64,000 bases of DNA from a virus, in the IMG/VR virus record IMGVR_UViG_3300045988_174813. One strand, 5' to 3'. The position numbers were made by a program, and so were the translations under genes. The notes below the pieces were generated by a model, which was not told the origin of the DNA, ran no database searches, and saw only the letters and a program-made list of their open reading frames with translations. Below are positions 31,865 to 38,601 of this stretch, one piece after another. How positions within the stretch are numbered: the first letter of the stretch is position 1; the number at the start of each line of letters is the position of its first letter.

Positions 31865-32089
31865 ATGGAAAGAATCATTGTAGTAGTTGGCTATTTCCCT
31901 AAGTCTAGAGTGTATATGGCTAAAATTGTGCGTGGAGACATATGGGCGCAAGCTTGGAAAGACCAGTGGACTGCTGATGGTGGAACTGTAGCAGTAGGAA
32001 AAATGTTTTATACCAGTGGTAAGCGCGAAGAAGCCTATAAGACTCTCAAGACTAAACTCATAAAAGAAATAAAGGAGAAGAATAACTAA
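31865..32089 (+). CDS. hypothetical protein
   Basis: GGAGG RBS before ATG 31865. Confidence 0.55.
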   Translation: MERIIVVVGYFPKSRVYMAKIVRGDIWAQAWKDQWTADGGTVAVGKMFYTSGKREEAYKTLKTKLIKEIKEKNN

Positions 32090-32325
32090 TGGAAGATGGT
32101 TGGATAGATGTAAACTATTCCTTCTCTACTGTAGGCTATGCGCGTGATACATTACTTGCGCGATTACGGCAGATGGTTGTGAATTATGAACGGTTGGAAC
32201 TTGTGGATAGAAGTCATTGGAGTGATTGGCGCGAGACAATTCTTTTGCGCGGGTCTATTCGTGATGGAGAATATGGCGAGTTTCAGAAGTTTATGGAAGA
32301 AATGATGCGTGAGTATGATGTGTGA
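32089..32325 (+). CDS. hypothetical protein
   Basis: 78-aa ORF, TAATG coupling. Confidence 0.55.
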   Translation: MEDGWIDVNYSFSTVGYARDTLLARLRQMVVNYERLELVDRSHWSDWRETILLRGSIRDGEYGEFQKFMEEMMREYDV

Positions 32326-32328
32326 AAT

Positions 32329-32357
32329 TTGAATTTTTGAAAAATTTAGTGTATAAT
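32329..32357 (+). promoter_or_regulatory. sigma-A type promoter (variant leader TGTAAGGTTGAGAGAG)
   Basis: TTGAAT-17-TATAAT. Confidence 0.65.
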
Positions 32358-32385
32358 ATATATGTAAGGTTGAGAGAGAAATAAT

Positions 32386-32646
32386 TTCTTGAAACTTTAT
32401 ACGCACATATCGGGGCGGAGTATGCGACGACACGTGCAACGAAGCAAATAAACTCGGCAGTGCCTGTATATGTTGCAACCGTTGGAGGACGAGATAAACC
32501 TCCGGTAATTTGTAGTTTTCCATTCCTCAAGAGAAAGCTTCCGGAAATACGAGAAGGGAATGTATGGCGCGCGCGAACCAGCATTCAAAATCCCCACGAA
32601 GAGGGCATTTGTGGATTGGGTGTTTTGCCACAAGATGCACTAAAAT
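32386..32646 (+). ncRNA. promoter-driven ORF-free structured transcript, unknown class
   Basis: No RBS-preceded ORF; helices GGAGG/CCTCC, CATTCC/GGAATG, CCAC/GTGG; ends at the next promoter. Confidence 0.4.
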
Positions 32647-32647
32647 T

Positions 32648-32676
32648 TTGACTTTCTGGAAATTTTAGTGTATAAT
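32648..32676 (+). promoter_or_regulatory. sigma-A type promoter driving tRNA-Leu
   Basis: TTGACT-17-TATAAT; near-identical copy at 34550. Confidence 0.7.
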
Positions 32677-32696
32677 AAATATAGAAAGTGAGATAT

Positions 32697-32781
32697 GGGG
32701 AATTGGTGTAATAGGTAGACACAAGGCACTTAAAATGCCTGGGCGAGAGCCATACCAGTTCGAGTCTGGTATTCCCTACCA
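32697..32781 (+). tRNA. tRNA-Leu (UAA)
   Basis: Anticodon arm AGGCA-CTTAAAA-TGCCT, long variable arm, T arm ACCAG-TTCGAGT-CTGGT, A73, CCA. Confidence 0.85.
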
Positions 32782-32867
32782 TACAAAAGGATAGGATGAT
32801 GTTGGCCTATCATCTGATAAGAGATGCCCCTCTTCCTTTTGTTTATTTTAGGGCAAGGGGTAAATTT

Positions 32868-33503
32868 ATGGCGTATATTTATAAGATTGTAAATAGAGTA
32901 AATGGAAAACTCTATATTGGTAAAACTTAGTTCTCTATTGAAAGGCGATTTTAGGAGCATATTAGAGCCTCTAAAAAAGAAAATTGTGCTAATCGTCCTC
33001 TATATAAAGCTATGAAAAAATACGGGATTGACAATTTTTATGTTGAACTTATTGAGGAAACTAATAATCCAGAAGAGCGTGAGCAGTTTTGGATAAGATA
33101 TTATAATAGTTATGTTGGTTTTTCTAACTGTCAAGGTTATAATGCTACTTTAGGTGGTGACGGGAAAGCTTATATTGATAGAGAACCGATAATTGAACTC
33201 TTTTAGTAGGGTCTTACATAGAGAGAAATTTCTTCTTTGCTGGGTTATGATGCTCATACTATAAGAGTAGCTTTGAATGAAGCTGGATTTTCCCATAAAG
33301 AAATTGAAAATAATGCTCTTTCTAAATAGAAAAAGGGCGTTCAGATGTTAGATAAAATAACTTCTGAATAGATAGCTCTTTTCTCTTCTATAATGGAAGC
33401 AGAAAGGTATCTCCAAAAACCGCAAAGTCGTCGGCATATAGCTGAGGTTTGTAATGGAAAACGAAAATCAGCTTATGGGTATAAATGGCAATGGAATAAC
33501 TAA
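32868..33503 (+). CDS. GIY-YIG homing endonuclease (7 sense TAG)
   Basis: YIYKIVNRVNGKLYIGKT..RF.EH..N..LY.A..KYG..NF..E..E....REQFWI..Y; C-terminal ..NGKRKSAYGYKW; ORF 33012 shares the frame. Confidence 0.75.
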
Positions 33504-33538
33504 AATAAATTTATGGATGTATAACATCCATAATATAT

Positions 33539-33610
33539 GGCGGGAAGCGATGGTCGCAGATTGGTCTCATACACCAATTATTGAGTGTTCGAATCACTCT
33601 CCCGCACCCA
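33539..33610 (+). tRNA. atypical tRNA, anticodon CAU (Met/Ile2-type)
   Basis: Anticodon arm TTGGT-CTCATAC-ACCAA, T arm GAGTG-TTCGAAT-CACTC, CCA; D loop only 3 nt, G1/A72 mismatch. Confidence 0.5.
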
Positions 33611-34436
33611 TAGACGTGCCCTAATGCGTCTCTAAATAATCAGGGTAGTGCGAGAGAGGATGGATTTACGGTAAACTACCACTGGCGTCACAGACCCAAT
33701 AGGAGGGCGACGATATGTGGCTTGTCATTTGGAATCGCACTATAATACAAAGAAAACGAAAGTAACCGTGTATTTCTTATTCTGCGCGCCCTGCATTCAA
33801 AGCGCTCAATGAAGCAGGAGCTTAGTAGACAAAAGAAAAGGGTTCGTTTAGCTTATAACCCTAAAAGCTAAACTTTGTATAGAGGCGAGAGGATGAACCT
33901 CTATGGGGTTTTTGGTAACGGTCTCCTAACGAACACGTAACGGGTCGGAAGTCCCAAAATCTTCCCGCAGGCACGGCGATAGTTATCCCGCTTATGTGAA
34001 GGGTTCGTAGCGTAAAATGTACCCTATCCAGCAAGAAGCTACGCTGGGAGTGAGCTTCCGCTGGCAGTCGTGAAAAGCTCGCGTCTTAGGCTGTGTCAAT
34101 GCCCTAAGCGTTAGGTCGATTACGAGAAATTGACTAGGTTTTAGTGCTTTTGTGAAATATAAAGCTCCTGCGCGGGCGAGTGCAGAATATTGTAAAGGGA
34201 GAAGTACAATCCCATCGTTCAGTTTGGTCGTTGCTGTATAAAACGACCACCAAATGGCGCGCTTCCAGTTTCTAAATGCGTAGGTTGTCTTTACCTCAGA
34301 AATTATAGGTTGCATAGAAAGTAATTAGAAGATGTAAAATAATAATAAGTCCTATAAGAGTAAGGAAAAAGATAATGGTTAGATATGCAGGGCGTAGAGT
34401 TGATGGTGTGCTCGCGCGGAGGATGAAACCATCCAT
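33611..34436 (+). ncRNA. ~825-nt ORF-free structured spacer between two tRNAs (large ncRNA candidate)
   Basis: Looks GC-richer than flanks by eye; >=8 local helices, e.g. CTTAGG/CCTAAG 34085-34108, GGTCGTT/AACGACC 34226-34248. Confidence 0.45.
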
Positions 34437-34511
34437 GGAGTATTCGTATAGTGGCTAATATTCCAGTCTTCCAAACTGGCGCGGTGGGTTCAATTCCCAC
34501 ATACTCCTCCA
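34437..34511 (+). tRNA. tRNA-Gly (UCC)
   Basis: Acceptor GGAGTAT/ATACTCC, loop CTTCCAA, T arm GTGGG-TTCAATT-CCCAC, CCA. Confidence 0.85.
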
Positions 34512-34549
34512 TGGTTCGGTAGTTTATCCTTCAAAAGCTACCTAGAATT

Positions 34550-34578
34550 TTGACTTTCTGGAAATTTTAGTGTATAAT
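34550..34578 (+). promoter_or_regulatory. sigma-A type promoter driving the suppressor tRNA
   Basis: TTGACT-17-TATAAT; leader ATAGAAAGTGG runs straight into the tRNA. Confidence 0.7.
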
Positions 34579-34597
34579 AAATATAGAAAGTGGATGA

Positions 34598-34673
34598 AGG
34601 CCTGTGGTGTAACGGTAAGCATAGGAGGCTCTAACCCTCTTGATACTCGTTCGAGTCGAAGTCGGGCCTGCCA
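34598..34673 (+). tRNA. suppressor tRNA, anticodon CUA (reads UAG), Gln-like
   Basis: Acceptor AGGCCTG/CGGGCCT, anticodon arm GGAGG-CTCTAAC-CCTCT (CTA at 34631-34633), G73, CCA; one bulge in the T stem. Confidence 0.8.
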
Positions 34674-34803
34674 TACTAAAGGCGCACACAGCAATTCCTA
34701 ATAGGGTAAAAATTTGTTCTGCACAAACGAATTAGTTGGTTCAAATCCAACAAAAAAAACTTGCGTCTTGAGTTTATTTCAAAAGAAAGAAAGGAAAACA
34801 TTT

Positions 34804-35010
34804 ATGTCTACAAATAAAGGTTATATGAAAGCCTATAACTTCATTGCAAAGCCTGGTTCTAAATCCTCCATCGCACGTCAGGCGGAACTTTCCGCGCGAC
34901 CCGTTATTGTTCATTCTTGTAGTGTGTGCGGCGCGCAGGGAACATTGTATCGTACAAATAAGGGCGAACATCCTGCGGTGTATGTTTGTAAGGAGCATCG
35001 GGCGAAGTAA
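34804..35010 (+). CDS. small Cys-containing protein
   Basis: GAAAGGAAA RBS, ATG 34804; CSVCG..C..H. Confidence 0.5.
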   Translation: MSTNKGYMKAYNFIAKPGSKSSIARQAELSARPVIVHSCSVCGAQGTLYRTNKGEHPAVYVCKEHRAK

Positions 35011-35026
35011 GTTTCGCCCTATATAT

Positions 35027-35101
35027 TGTGCTTTAGCTCAGTGGTAAGAGCCGGCGACTTATAATCGTCAGACGATAGTTCAACTCTATCAAGCACAACC
35101 A
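35027..35101 (+). tRNA. tRNA-Ile (UAU)
   Basis: Acceptor TGTGCTT/AAGCACA, D arm GCTC-AGTGGTAA-GAGC, loop CTTATAA, T arm GATAG-TTCAACT-CTATC, CCA. Confidence 0.8.
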
Positions 35102-35514
35102 TTTGGGAGGAAGGATGTAATCCGTAATCTACCTCCACTAATATGGCGTAAGTAGCTTGGACTTTGCTCCGCCTATAATAGAGCCTAACTCAAAGCATAG
35201 TGTTATAGAGCGTGAGAGCCAACGTCTATGTTGGCTCCCGCAATTGAACAGCTAATTATTCATTTTTCCCTACCTCCTTCTTTGTTCTCTTTTGGTCGTT
35301 GAGAGAATAAATAAAACGACTACCAATAGACTTTCACACCTCTGGCGGGCTGCAAGTGGCAAATGAAAGTCTTTCCGAAAGTAGGAAAATCCTTCTACTT
35401 GCGCGGAAACCATTTCGGAATTGACCACTGCGATGGTATCTTCGTTTTAGAGGTTACAGCCTAGTTAGCCATTATGGGAAGTCTGGTCAATGGAACATAA
35501 TGGTTAGCGTACTT
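35102..35514 (+). ncRNA. ~410-nt ORF-free structured spacer
   Basis: Helices GAGCCAAC/GTTGGCTC 35215-35236, GACTTTCA/TGAAAGTC 35329-35371, and 12 bp TTAGCCATTATG/CATAATGGTTAG 35464-35508. Confidence 0.4.
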
Positions 35515-35591
35515 GGTGCCATCGACTAATTGGCTAGGTCACGACCCTTTCACGGTCGTAATGTTGGGTTCAAGTCCCACTGGCATCTCCA
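35515..35591 (+). tRNA. tRNA-Glu (UUC)
   Basis: Acceptor GGTGCCA/TGGCATC, anticodon arm CGACC-CTTTCAC-GGTCG, T loop TTCAAGT, CCA. Confidence 0.75.
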
Positions 35592-35624
35592 TATATTACC
35601 GATATATTAGAAAGGAAGAGACAA

Positions 35625-36398
35625 ATGGACATCACTAATTTTGATACCTATAATGCGCGAATGTCATCCTCTATTGAGGATAAAATGTGGTTTTGGGATA
35701 AAGTCAAACATACTACAGATTCTATTGTAGATTATGGATGCGCCGATGCGTCTCTTCTTTTGCGTATCAATGAAGAGCATCCTTATCAGACTCTTATTGG
35801 CTATGATGCTTCTGATGATATGCTAGCCCGCGCGAAAGAAAAAACTAAAAATACACCTATTTGCTTTGTAGAAAGTATATTTGAGCCGGAAATGAAAGAG
35901 ACTTGTCTTGTTCTTTCTTCTGTAATTCATGAAATCTATTCTTATCAGTTGAAAGAAGATGCAGATTTTGAACTGGGCATGATTTTTGACCTTGGCGCAA
36001 AATATATTGCAATTCGTGATATGGGTATACGAGATATATGCCGTAATATAGAAACACCAATCGATGTTCTCAAAAACATTTATGCACGCGATGATGTTGC
36101 TAAGATTGCTTCTTTTGAAAAACGTCAAGGCCGTATTTCTAATTGGGCAAATTGTATTCACTATCTTTTGAAGGCGCCATATGACGAGAATTGGGCGCGA
36201 GAAGTGGAAGAAAATTATGTACCGTTTACTATGAATGAAGTGCTCGCGCAATATAATGTGGATAGTCCTGTCAAATATGATGTGGTGTTTTTTGAAGCAT
36301 ATACCTTACCCTATGTGCGCGAACGCATTATTCGAGATTATAATATTAGCTTGTATACGCCCACTCACTATAAACTGCTTCTTGAACGTCATTTCTAA
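35625..36398 (+). CDS. class I SAM-dependent methyltransferase
   Basis: IVDYGCADAS (motif I), LIGYDASD, LVLSSVIHE; embedded in the tRNA island. Confidence 0.6.
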   Translation: MDITNFDTYNARMSSSIEDKMWFWDKVKHTTDSIVDYGCADASLLLRINEEHPYQTLIGYDASDDMLARAKEKTKNTPICFVESIFEPEMKETCLVLSSVIHEIYSYQLKEDADFELGMIFDLGAKYIAIRDMGIRDICRNIETPIDVLKNIYARDDVAKIASFEKRQGRISNWANCIHYLLKAPYDENWAREVEENYVPFTMNEVLAQYNVDSPVKYDVVFFEAYTLPYVRERIIRDYNISLYTPTHYKLLLERHF

Positions 36399-36405
36399 TC
36401 TATAT

Positions 36406-36489
36406 GCCACCGTGATGGAAAGTATACATACAAGCCTTAGAAGCTTGCGCCCGCGAGGGATTGCGAGGTCGAACTCGCCGGTGGCACCA
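36406..36489 (+). tRNA. tRNA-Leu (UAG)
   Basis: Acceptor GCCACCG/CGGTGGC, anticodon arm CAAGC-CTTAGAA-GCTTG, long variable arm, A73, CCA; T loop looks 6 nt. Confidence 0.7.
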
Positions 36490-36496
36490 GTAAAAT

Positions 36497-36525
36497 TTGA
36501 ATTTTCTGAAAATTTAGTGTATAAT
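36497..36525 (+). promoter_or_regulatory. sigma-A type promoter
   Basis: TTGAAT-17-TATAAT. Confidence 0.65.
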
Positions 36526-36559
36526 ATATACATAAGATGAAGAAAGGAAAGAAAATCTA

Positions 36560-36775
36560 ATGGCTTATTTTGATTGTATGGGAACTTGTGGGGTTAGTCC
36601 TTTCAAGTGTAAGAATCACTATTGTAGTGGTAATCCTCATTACACCCCGCCGAAGCGGAAAGTGAAACCCAAGCAGGGTTCTGGCAATCATCCTGTTCGT
36701 TCTATTCGTGCGAAAATTCGTAAGGATGATGGACGCGGATATAATTTCTTTAGAGATATGGCGCGAGACGAATAA
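36560..36775 (+). CDS. small basic Cys-rich protein
   Basis: GAAAGGAAAG RBS; 71 aa, K/R-rich. Confidence 0.5.
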   Translation: MAYFDCMGTCGVSPFKCKNHYCSGNPHYTPPKRKVKPKQGSGNHPVRSIRAKIRKDDGRGYNFFRDMARDE

Positions 36776-36778
36776 GTT

Positions 36779-36855
36779 TAGCGTATAGTGGAAGGCTCTT
36801 ACAGCGATAGATTTATAATTCTATTGTATTATTGGTTCGACTCCAATTGCGCAAT
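36779..36855 (+). tRNA. tRNA-like gene with 7-bp anticodon stem and 8-nt loop (TTTATAAT)
   Basis: Acceptor TAGCGTA/TGCGCAA (1 mismatch), T arm ATTGG-TTCGACT-CCAAT; non-canonical anticodon arm. Confidence 0.35.
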
Positions 36856-37239
36856 TGCGTATAGCTTAGTTGGTAAAGCAAATAAAAATTATTAGAGCCT
36901 TGGATAGTTTACCTTAGATAAGTTTGGATTTTAGTTAGTTTTGAGTAAAGACCCTTACAGCAAACATTCTAATATTTTTGGACTTATAATCCCGTGGTCG
37001 GTGGTTCGAGTCCACCTCAGACAGCCTGCGTGGTATGTCAGGTAGCTCAGTTGGCTAGAGCACGAAAATTATTTTGTGGGTCTTGTTTTATGTTTTGTTG
37101 GATTGGTACTCCTTAGTAAATAAAGGCGCGGGACTGCAATCTTTGAAAAAAGAATGTGATATAATAGATACTGTCGAGCGACCTCGGTAGGCTTGACCCC
37201 AAGTTCGGCTGGATTATCCAGCTCGCGCCTTGTATTTAT
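36855..37239 (+). other. cluster of unpaired tRNA half-molecules plus a structured element
   Basis: 5' half 36855-36880, 3' half ~36978-37024 (loop CTTATAA, T arm GGTGG-TTCGAGT-CCACC), 5' half 37036-37062; helix AAGGCGCG/CGCGCCTT 37124-37230. Confidence 0.4.
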
Positions 37240-37315
37240 GGATGGTTATCTCAACTGGAAGAGAGCTCGCCTTACACGCGAGAGGTTAGAAGTTCAAGTC
37301 TTCTACTATCCACCA
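37240..37315 (+). tRNA. tRNA-Val (UAC)
   Basis: Acceptor GGATGGT/ACTATCC, anticodon arm CTCGC-CTTACAC-GCGAG, T arm AGAAG-TTCAAGT-CTTCT, CCA. Confidence 0.85.
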
Positions 37316-37602
37316 TAGATTACCACTTGTTAGATTGTTATCCTCCTGAGACGTCAGCTAGTTCTGGCAATCAATAAGTGAATAATCTACGTCCAATATC
37401 TCACTCACGACGTAAAACTCTTGTGAGGTCGCAAAGGAGAGATGCGTGAGCGGGTCTCACTCCAGACTGCGTTAGGTCGAAAAGACGTCTAGCTCAACCT
37501 TTTTCTTTGTCTGTTCTTTTAGTGGAAGTATCGAAAAATGAACGGCAGAAACGTTTCGAGGTTCGAGTGGTTTCCTTGGGAGGACCGAAAACCACTCACT
37601 AT
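37316..37602 (+). ncRNA. ~290-nt ORF-free structured spacer
   Basis: Helices GTGAG/CTCAC ~37446-37460 and GTGGTTT/AAACCAC ~37567-37594; GACGTC-AGCT boxes at 37351 and 37484. Confidence 0.35.
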
Positions 37603-37679
37603 GCTTCCATACCCCAATAGGTAGAGGGGAATGGCTCAAACCCATTGTAGTCTCAGTTCGAATCTGAGTGGAAGTACCA
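37603..37679 (+). tRNA. tRNA with anticodon CAA but a short (class I) variable arm
   Basis: Acceptor GCTTCCA/TGGAAGT, anticodon arm AATGG-CTCAAAC-CCATT, 5-nt variable region, T arm CTCAG-TTCGAAT-CTGAG, A73, CCA. Confidence 0.65.
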
Positions 37680-37765
37680 TTGGCAGTTTACCACCTGCCG
37701 TCGATTTTTTTCTTTAGCATATGATAAGTTATGACGTTCTTATCTGAAATAAAAACGTCATCTAT

Positions 37766-37840
37766 GGGAGATTAGCCTAGTGGTTCAGGCAGTCGGCTGT
37801 TAACCGACCTACAGGTGTTCAATTCACTTATTTCCCGCCA
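37766..37840 (+). tRNA. tRNA-Asn (GUU)
   Basis: Acceptor GGGAGAT/ATTTCCC, anticodon arm GTCGG-CTGTTAA-CCGAC, T loop TTCAATT, G73, CCA. Confidence 0.85.
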
Positions 37841-37935
37841 GAACGGTTGTTGGGCCAACCGTTTCGTTTCCTCTTTTTCTTTGTAGGGTTTGGCAGTTTC
37901 CTTGGGGTCTCACTTCTAAAAACTGCCTTTTATAT

Positions 37936-38009
37936 TGAGGATGTGGTGTAATGGTAGCATTCCTGTTTTGGGTACAGGCGGAGCCGTTCAAATCGGACAT
38001 CTTCAACCA
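37936..38009 (+). tRNA. tRNA-Pro (UGG)
   Basis: Anticodon arm CCTGT-TTTGGGT-ACAGG, acceptor TGAGGAT/ATCTTCA, CCA; weak T stem. Confidence 0.65.
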
Positions 38010-38035
38010 TATCAAAAAAATTTAGGAGGTATATT

Positions 38036-38308
38036 ATGCCTAAGGTACTCTTTGAATGTAATGATTGTGGCAAGTTCTATGGCAGTGAAGCGGAAGCTCT
38101 TGCTTGTGAAAAAGCTCATGCTAGTGAACGCACGCGTAAGGAAAAGCTTCAGGCTGAAAAGAAAGCTCGTTTGGAAGCTATCCGTGCACAGTATGAAAAG
38201 CTTCTTGAAGATATTCGCAAGTTCAATGAGGACTATGCGGAACCTGCAACAATGAGTTATACTGGTGCACTTAGTAAGGTGTTGGATAGTTTTTTCAAGT
38301 TGTTCTAA
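38036..38308 (+). CDS. zinc-ribbon / coiled-coil protein
   Basis: AGGAGG RBS; CNDCG..C start, K/E-rich helix. Confidence 0.55.
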   Translation: MPKVLFECNDCGKFYGSEAEALACEKAHASERTRKEKLQAEKKARLEAIRAQYEKLLEDIRKFNEDYAEPATMSYTGALSKVLDSFFKLF

Positions 38309-38403
38309 GTGAATCATTGAATAAGATATAAAGACGCATAACAGCAATACATTATATAAATATTTTTTGAAAATATATTATGGAAATGCGTCTTGGTTTA
38401 TAT

Positions 38404-38478
38404 AGGAGCGTCGCCAAGTGATTAAGGCACGGGACTTTGACTCCCGCATCGTGCGTTTGAATCGCACCGCTTCTGCCA
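38404..38478 (+). tRNA. tRNA-Gln (UUG)
   Basis: Acceptor AGGAGCG/CGCTTCT, D arm GCCA-AGTGATTA-AGGC, anticodon arm CGGGA-CTTTGAC-TCCCG, G73, CCA. Confidence 0.85.
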
Positions 38479-38558
38479 GATAGATTGAATAAATCGTCTA
38501 ATTCAAGTAGGTTATAAGATAGTCTGCTAATTTCCGTTCAGCAGGAGCGCAGAAAGAT

Positions 38559-38586
38559 AGATATAAGACCTAATATATCTTTTGTT
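38559..38586 (+). terminator. stem-loop plus T run
   Basis: AGATATA-8 nt-TATATCT, then TTTTG. Confidence 0.45.
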
Positions 38587-38601
38587 CAATCAACCTAAAA
38601 T

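Noticed and set aside
32386-32646. tmRNA (5' GGGGCGGAGTATGCGAC resembles the tmRNA 5' end)
   Set aside because: It has no 3' T arm, no complementary ..CCACCA acceptor strand, and no alanine-resume tag ORF ending in a hydrophobic ..AA-stop.
33611-34436. RNase P RNA (a GGAAGTCCC string near 33946 recalls the P4 GGAAAGTCC motif)
   Set aside because: The other universally conserved blocks (..GGTAAACCCC.., ..GGCTTACAGAAC.. type 3' P4 strand) are not visible in the region. The single 9-mer is too weak.
33992-34512. Minus-strand ORFs 33992-34315 and 34303-34512 inside the tRNA spacers (also 35823-36251, 39472-39828, 40485-40706)
   Set aside because: They have no RBS and odd composition. They overlap tRNA genes or lie antisense to well-supported genes, and they are opposite to the uniform plus-strand transcription of the island.
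34700-34760. Extra tRNA (perfect T arm GTTGG-TTCAAAT-CCAAC at 34735-34751, CTG-containing hairpin upstream)
   Set aside because: The 3' acceptor strand would be AAAAAAA with no complementary 5' strand, and there is no D arm. It is probably a tRNA remnant. It is worth a covariance-model check but is not callable by eye.
37140-37175. Promoter (TGTGATATAAT extended -10 at 37156)
   Set aside because: The nearest TTGAAA lies only 11 nt upstream instead of the invariant 17. The element sits inside a long-range helix (37124-37230), so I treat it as part of the structured spacer.
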